Below are positions 18,112-28,839 of a DNA stretch of 54,754 bases, piece after piece. Each line of letters starts with the position of its first letter. Positions within the stretch are counted from its first letter, which is position 1. The notes under the pieces are model-generated. The model made no database searches and was not told the origin of the DNA. It saw only the letters and a list, made by a program, of their open reading frames with translations. Source of the DNA: Bdellovibrionales bacterium (GTDB lineage: Bacteria; Bdellovibrionota; Bdellovibrionia; Bdellovibrionales; DASUEL01); the NCBI GenBank assembly GCA_050250255.1, contig JBFWOZ010000018.1:1-54754 (forward strand). Reading direction: 5' to 3'. The position numbers and the translations under genes were made by a program.

Positions 18112-21047
18112 TAAGCTTCGATCGGGAGACAAGAGCACACGAGCTGCTTGTCTCCAAAGGCTGCGTCGATGCGAGAAACGTAAGGCCAGAACTTGTGTTC
18201 ACGCACATACGGGAGCGGAAAAGCCGCGCGTTCACGAGCGTACGGATAATTCCAACCATCTGCTGTAACAACAGCTGCTGTATGAGGCGCATTTTTTAAA
18301 AGATTATTCGTTCGATCTGCTTTGCCGCTCGCAATTTCATCAATTTCTTTTTTGATGGCGATCATCGCATCACAGAAACGATCAAGCTCGGCTTTCGATT
18401 CACTTTCTGTCGGTTCAATCATCATGGTTCCTGCAACTGGAAAGGATACTGTTGGTGCGTGGAAACCGTAATCCATCAAACGTTTCGCGACATCTTCGAC
18501 ATCGATGCCGGTTTGTTCTTTGATCGCTCGGAGGTCCACGATGCATTCATGAGCCACGAAGCCATTGTCTCCTTTGTAGAGAACGGGGAAATGTGGATCG
18601 AGCCGCTGAGCCATATAGTTGGCATTGAGGATCGCGACTTGAGTGGCTTTTGTAAGGCCCTCGTTCGACATCGCCTTAATGTAGGCCCATGAAATGAGAA
18701 GAATGTTGGCGCTGCCCCAAGGAGCAGCGGAAATGGTACCGAGAGACTTCTCTCCGCCCATTTTCACAACAGGATGTGAGGGGAGGTAAGGAGCAAGATG
18801 TTTTTGTACGCCGATAGGGCCCATGCCCGGACCGCCCCCACCGTGAGGAATACAAAATGTCTTATGTAAGTTCAGGTGCAAAACATCCGCACCGTAATCA
18901 GCGGGACGTGAAAGTCCAACTTGCGCGTTCATATTGGCGCCATCCATGTAAACTTGACCGCCATGTGTGTGAATGATCTCGCAGATTTGTCGTATCTGAC
19001 TTTCAAATACTCCGTGAGTGGATGGGTAAGTCACCATGAGGGCCGCTAAATTTTGAGAATGTTCTTTCGCTTTTTTCTCGAGATCTTGAACGTCGATGTT
19101 TCCTTGTTCATCACAGGCAACCACAACGACTTTCATTCCTGCCATCACAGCGCTCGCGGGATTTGTCCCGTGTGCCGATTGTGGAATCAGACAGATCGTG
19201 CGATTTTTTTGTCCACGCTCGTGATGGTATTTTCGAATCGCGAGTAGGCCAGCGTATTCACCTTGTGACCCAGCGTTTGGTTGAAGGGAGACCGCGGGAA
19301 ATCCCGTGATTTGGGAAAGTGCGGTTTCTAATTCAGAGAATAAAGTTTGGTATCCTTGCGCCTGTTCGACCGGAGCAAAAGGATGAAGTTGAGACCAGCG
19401 TTCCCAAGAAATCGGGAGCATTTCCATCGCCGCATTTAACTTCATCGTGCAAGAGCCGAGTGGAATCATGGATGTTGTGAGAGAAAGATCGCGTGATTGC
19501 AAGCGAGTCACGTAGCGAAGCATTTCGGATTCTGAATGAAAGGAATTGAAAACAGGATGTGTGAGAATCGCGGAACTTCGGTGAAGTCCTACGGGAATCA
19601 CGCCCTTCGCATTTTGCGCTTTTGTCGTAATCGTTGAGAGTTGAGCGCCCTGACCTTTTGCCTCAGCAAAAATTTTTATGAGGAGATGGAGATCTTCAAG
19701 TGTTGTGGTTTCATCAAGAGATAAACCGATAGAAGTTGCATCAATTTTTCGTACGTTGATTTTATTTTGATCAAAACTTTTAAAGAGAGTTGTAGTTTCG
19801 CTTCCGATTTGCACACGAAGGGTATCGAAGAAGTTTTCGTTGGAAAGATGATAACCTAACGCGAGAAGAGCTTCTTTTAATGAGGCTGTCAGAGAGTGAA
19901 TACGTTGAGCGATATCTTTTAAGCCTTCTGGTCCGTGATAAACGGCGTACATCGAAGCCATGACTGCGAGGAGAACTTGAGCCGTACAGATATTACTCGA
20001 AGCTTTATCGCGACGGATGTGTTGTTCGCGAGTTTGGAGAGCTAAACGCAGGGCAGGTCTACCAGTTTTATCTTTAGAGACACCGACAATGCGTCCGGGG
20101 ATTTGGCGTTTGTGTTCAGACTTTGTCGCCATGAAAGCGGCGTGTGGGCCACCGTACCCGGGGGGTACACCAAAGCGCTGTGAGTTTCCAACGGCGACGT
20201 CAGCACCCCATTCACCAGGGGCTTTTAAAAGTACGAGAGAGAGAAGATCTGCGCAAGCTACGACTAAAGCTCCGGCCGCATGGGCTTCTTGAGTCAGCTT
20301 TGAAAAATCGCTCACTTCACCATAGGTACCAGGGTAAGACACAACACAGGCGAAAGGTTTTGTTGAGAAATCAAAGTCTTGCCATTTTTGCACACGCACT
20401 TCGATACCGATAGGTTCCGCACGTGTTTGAATGACCGAAATCGTTTGCGGGTGGCAGTCATCAGCTACGAGAAAAACGTTGGAACCTGATTTCGAAACGC
20501 GCCGACAAAGAGTCATGGCTTCAGCGGCAGCGGTGCCTTCATCGAGCATCGACGCGTTTGCGAGATCTAAACCTGTAAGGTCCATAATCATTGTTTGGAA
20601 ATTCAAAAGAGCTTCGAGGCGACCTTGGGCAATTTCTGCTTGGTAAGGCGTATATTGAGTGTACCAGCCTGGATTTTCTAAAATGTTTCTTTGAATCACC
20701 GGTGGAGTGATACATCCGCTATAGCCTGTACCAATGTAAGTTTTAAAAAGTTGGTTTGTAGCGGCAAGTTCTCCCACACGTTTGAGGACTTGGCCTTCGC
20801 TCATGGGTTGTCCAAGATCTAAAGCCTTCTCGACTCGAATGGAACTTGGAATGGTCTTCGCAATCATCTCTTCGAGACTTGAGATCTTCAGAGTTTTCAA
20901 CATTTGCGACACTTCTTCGGCATTAGGACCAATGTGTCTTTGAATGAAGGAACGATTGTTCTTCGAAATGAATTCCATGCTGTCAGCCCTTTCGTAAGGG
21001 GGAACCTGGGGTTTGCGAACCTCGGAGTGATTTAGATTTTCAAGCAT
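18105..21047 (-). CDS. gcvP: Glycine dehydrogenase (decarboxylating), glycine cleavage P protein
   Basis: [42 protein letters not shown]-Lys motif LNLHKTF, EPTESE. Confidence 0.98.
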   Translation of the reverse strand: MLENLNHSEVRKPQVPPYERADSMEFISKNNRSFIQRHIGPNAEEVSQMLKTLKISSLEEMIAKTIPSSIRVEKALDLGQPMSEGQVLKRVGELAATNQLFKTYIGTGYSGCITPPVIQRNILENPGWYTQYTPYQAEIAQGRLEALLNFQTMIMDLTGLDLANASMLDEGTAAAEAMTLCRRVSKSGSNVFLVADDCHPQTISVIQTRAEPIGIEVRVQKWQDFDFSTKPFACVVSYPGTYGEVSDFSKLTQEAHAAGALVVACADLLSLVLLKAPGEWGADVAVGNSQRFGVPPGYGGPHAAFMATKSEHKRQIPGRIVGVSKDKTGRPALRLALQTREQHIRRDKASSNICTAQVLLAVMASMYAVYHGPEGLKDIAQRIHSLTASLKEALLALGYHLSNENFFDTLRVQIGSETTTLFKSFDQNKINVRKIDATSIGLSLDETTTLEDLHLLIKIFAEAKGQGAQLSTITTKAQNAKGVIPVGLHRSSAILTHPVFNSFHSESEMLRYVTRLQSRDLSLTTSMIPLGSCTMKLNAAMEMLPISWERWSQLHPFAPVEQAQGYQTLFSELETALSQITGFPAVSLQPNAGSQGEYAGLLAIRKYHHERGQKNRTICLIPQSAHGTNPASAVMAGMKVVVVACDEQGNIDVQDLEKKAKEHSQNLAALMVTYPSTHGVFESQIRQICEIIHTHGGQVYMDGANMNAQVGLSRPADYGADVLHLNLHKTFCIPHGGGGPGMGPIGVQKHLAPYLPSHPVVKMGGEKSLGTISAAPWGSANILLISWAYIKAMSNEGLTKATQVAILNANYMAQRLDPHFPVLYKGDNGFVAHECIVDLRAIKEQTGIDVEDVAKRLMDYGFHAPTVSFPVAGTMMIEPTESESKAELDRFCDAMIAIKKEIDEIASGKADRTNNLLKNAPHTAAVVTADGWNYPYARERAAFPLPYVREHKFWPYVSRIDAAFGDKQLVCSCLPIEAYS

Positions 21048-21112
21048 GGCGTAGATCTACCACGGTGGAGGGGATCCAGGATACGATAGGCTCTGAGCGT
21101 CAAAGCTTCTGA

Positions 21113-21742
21113 TTAGAAGGTAGAGGGGGCTTCTGTTTCGATAGGAGCGAGAGCAGGTGCCGTGCGAGGTTGTTCTGGAACAACGAGACTTTCGACGCCA
21201 TCTTCCAATCTGTTGCTATCTAGGTGACGGCTGACTTCAATCGCCCATGAAACTTTTTTAAGATCTTTAGAAACGAGTGCGTGGCCCCATGGCGTGAAAA
21301 AGAAGAAGTTTCGTGCGTTGGTTTTGTCAGAGAATTCAATCCTGTCGAGGTCTCGACGGAGCTTATGCTCAAACTCGATCCAGTTATCCGCACCAATGTC
21401 ATTAAGTGCCGTGTTCTTGATCATATTCCAATTTTTCTTAGCACCTTTGAACAGTTCTAAACGAGCCAAGGTTTTTGCTTTTTCAAGAGTGTTGTGACCC
21501 GCCTTGATTTCTAAGAGCAAAGATTCAGGGGCGCCAGAATCAAGATGTTTACGAACAGTGGAGGCTTTCCAATTTCTCATGGTGTTTTTAGTTGCGATTT
21601 CTGCACCGGGAGCCGTCAGGCCTAGGCGCTGAGCTTCGAAAAGAAGGTTGGGTGCTGAAATAGATTTATTCACCTCTTGGTACTTGTAGGCCTGGGCTGA
21701 ATAGCTTAGCAAAAGAGTGAAAAGAGTTAGGATTGTTTTCAT
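21113..21742 (-). CDS. Secreted hypothetical protein
   Basis: AGAGG RBS before ATG 21742; signal peptide MKTILTLFTLLLSYSAQA. Confidence 0.7.
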   Translation of the reverse strand: MKTILTLFTLLLSYSAQAYKYQEVNKSISAPNLLFEAQRLGLTAPGAEIATKNTMRNWKASTVRKHLDSGAPESLLLEIKAGHNTLEKAKTLARLELFKGAKKNWNMIKNTALNDIGADNWIEFEHKLRRDLDRIEFSDKTNARNFFFFTPWGHALVSKDLKKVSWAIEVSRHLDSNRLEDGVESLVVPEQPRTAPALAPIETEAPSTF

Positions 21743-21766
21743 ATCAACACCTCTAACGTTCATAAG

Positions 21767-21782
21767 AGCAAAACCCATACCC
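21767..21782 (-). promoter_or_regulatory. Candidate sigma54 promoter
   Basis: Minus strand GGGTATGGGTTTTGCT is GG-N10-GC, 24 nt upstream of ATG 21742. Confidence 0.45.
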
Positions 21783-21838
21783 TTTCAGGGGGATACAGCT
21801 AGCTTTTAAGGGATTTTTGATGATAAGGATTTTGTCCC

Positions 21839-23155
21839 ATGGATAGCAAAATACGTCACTCTTACTTAGAACAATGGACTTACCCCGTGAGTCCCCCAGA
21901 AGCTCTTGCTATAGATGAGGTTTCACCTAAAGAGGGGCAATTTCTAGCAGTCGCCGGTCGTTTAGCAGAAGTGAGTGTCTCAAAGTGGGAACTACAGGGA
22001 AGTCGTGCGGTGATGGGGCTGCAAAATCTAGAGAATTTCTCTTTGCTCCCTATCTTACGAGGCGGAGATTTGATTTTTGTTCAAGGCGCCTGGAACGAAG
22101 GCGTCATACAAGTGGATCGTTTAGAATTACTAGCTCCCAACATCGCAGAAAAAATACCTCCATTTTACGAACACGAATTTAGCCCTGAGTGGGCTCTATT
22201 ATGGCAAGAGTTTCGACGAAATATTCGTCAATTTTTTTCTGAGCAAGGTTTTCTAGAAGCGCGGACTCCCACTCTTGTTCTTTCTCCTGGAACAGAACCG
22301 TTTTTGGTGCCTTTTGAAACTCATTGGCGAGAAGGAAAAAAAACTCAAAAATTTTACTTACCAACGAGTCCTGAACTCCACCTTAAAAAGTTGCTCGTGC
22401 GCGGATTTTCTAAAATTTTCGAAATGAAAGATTGTTTTCGAAATGGCGAAACCGGACCTCGCCATCAGCCCGAATTCCTCATGTTGGAATGGTACCGATC
22501 TTACCACCGGCTCGAGTCTATTCAGCTAGATGTAAAAAATTTGATTCAGTTTTTGCTGCGAACATTTGCTGACCGTGAGGCCCACTTTGTGATGGATCAA
22601 AATGTCGATGTCGTCACAAAAACCATGGCGCAACTTTTTAAAGAAAAGTTGAAGTTTACTCTCACGCCTAAAACAACCTTAGAAGAGTTAAAATCTCTGG
22701 CTCGCGAAGAAAAAATTCATTTTACCGAACAAGACACCTGGAATGATGTGTTTTTTCGTCTTTTTTTAGAGAGGGTAGAAGGGGAGTTAGGTTTGGATCA
22801 ACCATTGATCGTCACTCATTATCCTCCTTCTCAAGCGGCCTACGCTCGTCATACAGAAGATGGGTGGGCCGATCGGTTTGAGCTCTACTGGAAAGGGCTT
22901 GAGATCGCGAATGCGTTTCATGAACTCAATGATCCAACAGAACAAAAGCGTCGCTTTGAATCGGATTTAGCAGAACAGCGACGCCAAGGTCGTGAACCTG
23001 TCCGACTTGATCAAGAATTTCTGGAAGGCCTTAAGTTTGGGATGCCACCCTCTGCGGGAATCGCACTAGGTGTTGAGCGCCTCTTCATGGCACTCTTTGA
23101 TGTGCAGGATATTTCGCATACGAGAGCGTTTCCATTTTTACCCGGTTCCAACTAG
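21839..23155 (+). CDS. epmA: EF-P lysine aminoacylase (EpmA/GenX/PoxA)
   Basis: YLPTSPELHLKKLL, FRNGE...HQPEFLMLEWYR, RFELY...EIANAFHEL, MPPSAGIALGVERL; about 100-aa N-terminal extension. Confidence 0.9.
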   Translation: MDSKIRHSYLEQWTYPVSPPEALAIDEVSPKEGQFLAVAGRLAEVSVSKWELQGSRAVMGLQNLENFSLLPILRGGDLIFVQGAWNEGVIQVDRLELLAPNIAEKIPPFYEHEFSPEWALLWQEFRRNIRQFFSEQGFLEARTPTLVLSPGTEPFLVPFETHWREGKKTQKFYLPTSPELHLKKLLVRGFSKIFEMKDCFRNGETGPRHQPEFLMLEWYRSYHRLESIQLDVKNLIQFLLRTFADREAHFVMDQNVDVVTKTMAQLFKEKLKFTLTPKTTLEELKSLAREEKIHFTEQDTWNDVFFRLFLERVEGELGLDQPLIVTHYPPSQAAYARHTEDGWADRFELYWKGLEIANAFHELNDPTEQKRRFESDLAEQRRQGREPVRLDQEFLEGLKFGMPPSAGIALGVERLFMALFDVQDISHTRAFPFLPGSN

Positions 23156-23158
23156 ATT

Positions 23159-23704
23159 TTAGAGCTTGTCGCAGACACCGTAAGAGGCGGCTTGATAGTC
23201 GACAGCATGCCCGGAGCGTGTTCCTCGGTCGTTATAAAATTGATGTGTTGAGGACAACATCTCCTCCAAAATCAATCGGCGATCATTCAATTTTCTAATA
23301 ACAAGAACACTACCGAATGTTTCGGAGGAAATGAGGCCAAATCCCTCAGCAACAAGATAAGTTTCTCTGACGTCAGCGCTCATTGTGCCACTGATATTAA
23401 GCTTCATACCTTTCCAAAGTATTGAAAAGAGGAATGGTGTCTCAGTTTCTTGAAGGTGTTTAAACTCATGAAATGCCAAAGGCAGCTTATAGCCAGCGCG
23501 TGAAAGGTTGTTAAAAAGAGGGGTTGTTTCATAAACGAACTCACAATTCCAGTTTGTATGATTAATATCTTTAGATGGGGTTGTGACTAATTCGCTATTA
23601 TAAAACAGGGCTCTCAGCTCCGTGTATCTTTTTTGATTTACTTCATGACCAAAAGAGAAACATGGCACAGCGAGAAGACAACTGATAATCATATTTTTAA
23701 ACAC
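23159..23704 (-). CDS. Secreted hypothetical protein
   Basis: GGAGG upstream of GTG 23704 (alternative ATG 23692); signal-like MIISCLLAVPCFSFG; follows the 24348 gene directly. Confidence 0.55.
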   Translation of the reverse strand: MFKNMIISCLLAVPCFSFGHEVNQKRYTELRALFYNSELVTTPSKDINHTNWNCEFVYETTPLFNNLSRAGYKLPLAFHEFKHLQETETPFLFSILWKGMKLNISGTMSADVRETYLVAEGFGLISSETFGSVLVIRKLNDRRLILEEMLSSTHQFYNDRGTRSGHAVDYQAASYGVCDKL

Positions 23705-23721
23705 AGAACCTCCAAACAAAT

Positions 23722-24348
23722 TTATTTTACGCCTAAGCTCCAAGCGAGTATTTCGATCGCTTCGTCGAGAGACCCATGGAAATTGTGATAAGTTTGATCG
23801 AAGCCATTTGCCAAAGCCTGTCGCTTCCCACTCAAAGTCGTATTTCCCCAACTATCAGGTTTTAAAGTTGCAGCAATCGACGCGAGGATGCCTACAACAC
23901 CTGTTCCAGCTGCTAAAGGTTTTACCAGAATTAAGCATCCAGCGATTGGCTGTGCTACGACAGTTCCTGCGGTTCCGCCAACGACACAGCCTAGAAAACT
24001 GAGAGCGACTCCAGTTCCTATAGCTGCAGTGCCTACATGTGCTGCAGAATCCAGACGAATTTGCATATCAATTTGATTTAATTTTTGAATAGCAGCCGTT
24101 ACTTCAGCTTGTTTAAAGGATCGATTAAAAAGTACATTTTCGGCACAGCCTACACTTTCCTGTGCTGTGGCGGTATCATCACAGAGGCGAAATACGGTCT
24201 GTAACTCTCCGTTTTTTATAACAGGGAAGCTTCTAATAGAAATCTGTGTTTGTGAAGAACCTCGAATTTTCACATCCCGAGCAAAGACAGAAGAAGATGT
24301 AAAGGACACGATTAGAAAGGCTGAAAGAATCATTTTAAAAAGTTTCAT
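23722..24348 (-). CDS. Secreted hypothetical protein with a Gly/Ala-rich hydrophobic hairpin
   Basis: AGGAG RBS; signal peptide ending VFA; long hydrophobic stretch AAIGTGVALSFLGCVVGGTAG...GILASIAA. Confidence 0.7.
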   Translation of the reverse strand: MKLFKMILSAFLIVSFTSSSVFARDVKIRGSSQTQISIRSFPVIKNGELQTVFRLCDDTATAQESVGCAENVLFNRSFKQAEVTAAIQKLNQIDMQIRLDSAAHVGTAAIGTGVALSFLGCVVGGTAGTVVAQPIAGCLILVKPLAAGTGVVGILASIAATLKPDSWGNTTLSGKRQALANGFDQTYHNFHGSLDEAIEILAWSLGVK

Positions 24349-24373
24349 AGGTTCTCCTATGCCCTGGGACTGA

Positions 24374-24389
24374 AGCAGTTTTTAAGCCA
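24374..24389 (-). promoter_or_regulatory. Candidate sigma54 promoter
   Basis: Minus strand TGGCTTAAAAACTGCT is GG-N10-GC, 25 nt upstream of ATG 24348. Confidence 0.5.
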
Positions 24390-24468
24390 AACAAAAAATA
24401 CGTAGGAAGCTATTTAATAAGAGAGAGAGATGGGGGGGCTACAAAATAGTGCCCTTTAATGGCAGAAG

Positions 24469-24494
24469 AAAAAAAGCAGGGCCATCCTTGGCCC
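24469..24494 (-). terminator. Intrinsic terminator of the IHF/HU gene
   Basis: Minus strand GGGCCA-AGGA-TGGCCC followed by TGCTTTTTTT. Confidence 0.7.
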
Positions 24495-24536
24495 CTCCAA
24501 CTGTTTACAATTTTAATTTAAACCGGGACCGGAAAG

Positions 24537-24860
24537 TTATTCCTCATCATCTTCGTCGGCGACCTCGGTGATCGCAGAACTCGGTGCACGATTAACGGCG
24601 TCCTTAAGTTCCTTACCAACTTTGAAAAAAGGAAGTTTTTTGTCTTGAACTTCAATCACTTCACCGGTGCGGGGATTTCGGCCTTGATAGGCATCGTATT
24701 TGCGGTTTACGAAAGAACCGAAGCCACGAATTTCAATGCGATCGTTGCGCTTGAGGGCGTCCACCATTGAATCAAAAATGGTGTTAACAATTGTCTCTGC
24801 TTTCACTCGAGTGATGCCTGCGGATTCGGCCACTAAGTTGATCAGCTCAGCCTTTGTCAT
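24537..24860 (-). CDS. ihfB: Integration host factor beta-like / HU family DNA-binding protein
   Basis: MTKAELI, RIEIRGFGSF, GRNPRTGE, PFFKVGKELK; acidic C-terminal tail. Confidence 0.8.
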   Translation of the reverse strand: MTKAELINLVAESAGITRVKAETIVNTIFDSMVDALKRNDRIEIRGFGSFVNRKYDAYQGRNPRTGEVIEVQDKKLPFFKVGKELKDAVNRAPSSAITEVADEDDEE

Positions 24861-25001
24861 TGGTGGATATCCCCTCGGCTATTTGCAGCCTTTATCCCCT
24901 TGAAACTACACAAGATTAGTCTTCCTTAGTCGATTCTTCTTTTCAACGGCTTTTATAGATATAACACACTGGCCCAACGAGGTTGTGCGAAAGCACACAA
25001 C

Positions 25002-26312
25002 CTAAAGTGAATAATCGTCTGGAACAATGCCTCGAGCGTAACGCTCAGACATGTAGGCCATCATCGCCAAAATAAAGATGAAGAGATGGTTGTTCTCTGC
25101 ATCCCCGAAATTCCATTGAGTAATACCGCCGGTGTGAAGAGATAATTGTGCACCCAATGCGCCGAGTACAAGAACACGATGCCAAAAATGTGTTTCTGGT
25201 ACATCGGTCCAGAGCCGATGTGTCATCAGTAGGAAGCTCAAAATAAAAAGCATGTAACAGAAGAATCCCAAAATCCCGGTCGTAGATAGCATCTGTAAAT
25301 AGTTATTGTGTGCATGGCCGCCAAACTCTTTTTCGATGCCGAGCTTTTTATAATACTCCCCTAAAAGAACTTCGTTTTGGAGATAACCCACTCCCATCCA
25401 CGGATGGTCGGAGAACATTTCGAAATTTGCTTTCCAAACCGCGCGACGGTCATCATTACTAAAGTAGCCCGCATCCCAAACACTCGCGACACGTTCGCGA
25501 AGCCCGGGGTTGGTTTCGTAAACAACACCACAGAGAGAACCAACGATGAGGAGAAAAACAATTAAGTGCTTACGGCTCACGTAAGAAGTCATGATCAAAA
25601 AAGCGATCGCGGTCGCGAGCCAAACACCGCGCCCGTATGTCCAAACCAGGCTGAGCCCAATAATAATTACCGAACTTAAAAAACCCAAACGAACATACCA
25701 AGGTTTTCTACGGCTCAAGAGAAGAGCTGCAAAAGAAAAACAAAGAATCATGCTGAACGAATAACCATAAGTCAGATGGTGACTGAGAAAACCAGAGTTT
25801 TGAAATACGTCAGCACCTTCAAAGGGAGCCGGCGTGACGGCCCGGTGGTCTCCGCGGATGATATCGACACCGGTGAAGTGTTGGAAAATCGCGTAGCCAC
25901 CCACGATTGTACCGGCAACGATAAAAATATGGAGAATGCGATTGAGTACGGGCGAAACTTCGAGAGCAAAAGTGAGCAGATAGAGCATTAAAATCCAACG
26001 CAGTTTTCCGATGGGCTCAAGAAGACCGGCTTCAGGTGCATTAAAAGTGAGGCTCATCCAAACAACTAAGAGGAGCCCTAGCAGTGGAACCTCTACTCCG
26101 AGTCGGAACAGATAAAATTCGCGCATTTTCACGGCCTTATTGACGAGAATATAGACTAAAGTCAGGATGCAAGCGCCCCAACCAAAGATCTCCATCCCTG
26201 ACATCGAAACCATTAGTGAGAGCGCGTAGAGACAAAGAAAGAAAGGCACGGGTGCATGCAGAAGCGTGCCCCAATATTGTTTTCCAAGTTTTTCCATAGA
26301 TGATTTACTCAA
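25002..26312 (-). CDS. O-antigen ligase (WaaL/Wzy_C) family membrane protein
   Basis: Many TM segments; TYGRGVW, R..VW...HPWMGVG, HAHNNYLQMLSTTGILG. Confidence 0.88.
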   Translation of the reverse strand: MSKSSMEKLGKQYWGTLLHAPVPFFLCLYALSLMVSMSGMEIFGWGACILTLVYILVNKAVKMREFYLFRLGVEVPLLGLLLVVWMSLTFNAPEAGLLEPIGKLRWILMLYLLTFALEVSPVLNRILHIFIVAGTIVGGYAIFQHFTGVDIIRGDHRAVTPAPFEGADVFQNSGFLSHHLTYGYSFSMILCFSFAALLLSRRKPWYVRLGFLSSVIIIGLSLVWTYGRGVWLATAIAFLIMTSYVSRKHLIVFLLIVGSLCGVVYETNPGLRERVASVWDAGYFSNDDRRAVWKANFEMFSDHPWMGVGYLQNEVLLGEYYKKLGIEKEFGGHAHNNYLQMLSTTGILGFFCYMLFILSFLLMTHRLWTDVPETHFWHRVLVLGALGAQLSLHTGGITQWNFGDAENNHLFIFILAMMAYMSERYARGIVPDDYSL

Positions 26313-27652
26313 GTCGGCTTCAGGGTGTAGCGTTTAGTTCTCTTAAGAATATTGAAATAAGAATTTATGGTTTCGTCTACCATTTTTGTTGTGTCAAAGA
26401 GGTCCGTCACCTTTCTGCGGGCCTGATTTCCAATCTCCGTCACAGGGACTTGATCAGAAAAAATATCGATGAGGAGGTTTGACAACGATTTAATGTCAGC
26501 TGGGCGAACCAAAAAACCATCAATGCCATCTTCGACGAAAGTAAAAAGAGGGCTGACTTCGGACGCAATAATCACTTTCTTTTGTGCCATAGCTTCAAGA
26601 ACACTGGGCTCAAAGCCTGTCGTGCGAGAGCTGATATTCACATAAACGTCTGCGAGTGCGATGTAATCAGCAACTTCGTTCATGTTCACTGCACCTGTGA
26701 GGATCACGCGGCTTCCGAGGGCGAGATTTAACATTTCGTATTCAATTTCTTTAAATTTGGGTCCATTTCCGACAATGATGAGTCGAGCATGGGAATACTT
26801 TACGGCGACTTTTTCAAAGGCCTCGAGCAAATTTAAAATAGGCTGAGCTTCTGTCATATCCGTCACCGTTACGACCGTTTTAGCGTGCGGGGGAATTTTT
26901 AATTGTAAACGGCGTTCTTCAGACTTCTCTTTCGAAGACAAATCCCCAATTTCAATACCGTAGGGGACAGAGTAAATGTTGTGATCGGGATAGAGATAGT
27001 AACGCTCTAAAATACTGCGTTCGTGAGGACTCGCTACAAAAATTCCATCGGCCGAACGTACAAGCTTGCGATCGGTCCCGTAGTAAGTGCGCAAAAACTT
27101 GTAGGCCACGGCAATGCTCATGGAGAGCAAGCTTCCAAGGGTCTCTTGAGCCATACCCGCAATCGCAAAAAGCTGCGACATTTGAGTGGCCCCTACGTCA
27201 AAGGCAACGGAGACATGAAATTCCTCTTTGAAGCGGGAAATATACTGACCCGAGGAATCAATCGAATGTGCTAAGTGAAAGGGGTTTTCTCGATGGAGTT
27301 TGGCAAAGAGGTCTTTGGCGGCGCGGGCAAATTGATCTTGAGACGAGTTGTCCTCAATGGAGATAAAGTGGAAGTGGATGTCCTCTATGACCAATTCCGA
27401 GTGACTTTGATGTTGATCGCCGGTGATGACTGTGACTTTATGGCCACGCTTCACGAGTCCGCGTGCAACAGGCCAGAGATGTCCATATTGTGTGGCTTTT
27501 CCGGAGATAGGAAATCGTCTCGCCACGAAGCAAATATGAAGGGGCCCGGGGAGCGGACGCTTTTTCCAGAAGCGCCATCCCTTATCCTGACCGTGAGGAA
27601 TTCTTTCGCCGTGAGCTAATGCTTCCAATGATTTCTTGCTTCCTTCTGACAT
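26309..27652 (-). CDS. Glycosyltransferase family 4
   Basis: RGHKVTVIT, LIIVGNGP, LEAMAQKKVII, EDGIDGFLV (GT-B fold). Confidence 0.9.
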   Translation of the reverse strand: MSEGSKKSLEALAHGERIPHGQDKGWRFWKKRPLPGPLHICFVARRFPISGKATQYGHLWPVARGLVKRGHKVTVITGDQHQSHSELVIEDIHFHFISIEDNSSQDQFARAAKDLFAKLHRENPFHLAHSIDSSGQYISRFKEEFHVSVAFDVGATQMSQLFAIAGMAQETLGSLLSMSIAVAYKFLRTYYGTDRKLVRSADGIFVASPHERSILERYYLYPDHNIYSVPYGIEIGDLSSKEKSEERRLQLKIPPHAKTVVTVTDMTEAQPILNLLEAFEKVAVKYSHARLIIVGNGPKFKEIEYEMLNLALGSRVILTGAVNMNEVADYIALADVYVNISSRTTGFEPSVLEAMAQKKVIIASEVSPLFTFVEDGIDGFLVRPADIKSLSNLLIDIFSDQVPVTEIGNQARRKVTDLFDTTKMVDETINSYFNILKRTKRYTLKPT

Positions 27653-27714
27653 TTAATCCAATTATTCTATCCACTCGCCAATTCGGCAACCATATAAGGA
27701 TAAGGAGATGCCTT

Positions 27715-28833
27715 ATGAGCACACCATCTAAATTTCCGTTCTTTGATGTTACGCGTCAGTTTGTTCCTTTAAAGGATCAAGTGATGGAAAAGTTCTCAAC
27801 CCTACTTGATAAGCAAGCTTTCATTCTTGGAGACACAGTCGCTCAGTTTGAAAAAGACATTGCTCAGTGGATGAACGTTAAACACGCGATCACCGTTGCA
27901 AATGGAACCGATGCTCTTGTCGTCGCTCTTCGTGCTCTCGATGTTGGTCACGGAGACGAAGTGATTACTCCGGCCTTTAGCTTCTTTGCTTCCACAAGTA
28001 GCATTATGCTCGTAGGTGCAAAGCCTGTCTTCGTAGATGTGGATCCACGTACTTTCAATATCGATCCCGCATTGATTGAAAAAGCGATCACTCCAAAAAC
28101 AAAAGCCATTATGCCAGTGCAACTTTTTGGTCAGTGTTCAGATATGGATCCCATTATGCAAATTGCGAAAAAACATAATTTGAAAGTGCTTGAGGATTTC
28201 GCGCAAACTATCGGTGCCACCTACAAAGGAAAGCAAGCGGGAACGATTGGTGATATTGGTTCAACGAGTTTCTATCCGACAAAAAATCTTGGTGGGGCCG
28301 GCGAAGGTGGAATGATCACCACCAATGACGACGCTCTTGCAGAAAAAGTAAAACTCATTCGTGTTCACGGAATGCCTCGTCGTTACGTGCATGACATTCT
28401 CGGAACAAACAGTCGTTTGAACGCCCTTCAGGTGGCTTACTTGGCGGTAAAGCTCCCGCACCTTAAAACTTGGATGCAAAAGCGAAACGACAATGCCAAC
28501 ACCTATATGAAAGAGTTCCAGCAATTAACAGATAAAGGTCTTGTTCTCCCGAAGGTTGCGGAAGGTAATACTCACGTGTGGAATCAATTTGTGGTGAGAG
28601 TGCCTAACCGCGATGCCATTCAGAAAAAAATGGCCGATGAGGGTGTGCCAACGGAAATCTATTATCCGTTCACTATTCCGGAGCAGAAGCCTCTTCGCCC
28701 ATTTGCCCCTGAAAAAGGCTGGCCGGTCTCTGAAACCGCTTCACGAGATGTACTGGCGCTTCCGATCTTTCCGGAGCTGAAAAAAGAAGAGCAGCAAATG
28801 GTGATTGCTGCTCTTAAAAAAGTTTTAAGTTAG
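27715..28833 (+). CDS. DegT/DnrJ/EryC1/StrS family sugar aminotransferase
   Basis: AAGGAG RBS before ATG 27715; NGTDAL, GDEVITP, SFYPTKNLG (PLP Lys), NSRL, LALPIFP. Confidence 0.95.
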   Translation: MSTPSKFPFFDVTRQFVPLKDQVMEKFSTLLDKQAFILGDTVAQFEKDIAQWMNVKHAITVANGTDALVVALRALDVGHGDEVITPAFSFFASTSSIMLVGAKPVFVDVDPRTFNIDPALIEKAITPKTKAIMPVQLFGQCSDMDPIMQIAKKHNLKVLEDFAQTIGATYKGKQAGTIGDIGSTSFYPTKNLGGAGEGGMITTNDDALAEKVKLIRVHGMPRRYVHDILGTNSRLNALQVAYLAVKLPHLKTWMQKRNDNANTYMKEFQQLTDKGLVLPKVAEGNTHVWNQFVVRVPNRDAIQKKMADEGVPTEIYYPFTIPEQKPLRPFAPEKGWPVSETASRDVLALPIFPELKKEEQQMVIAALKKVLS

Positions 28834-28839
28834 ATACGC

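Noticed and set aside
17999..18292. Short ORFs reading through the 35-bp hairpin (RKRNLAPFK on both strands)
   Set aside because: Artefacts of the palindrome, overlapping maiA and gcvP.
21048..21112. Possible glycine riboswitch upstream of gcvP
   Set aside because: Only 65 nt are available and no aptamer motifs were seen.
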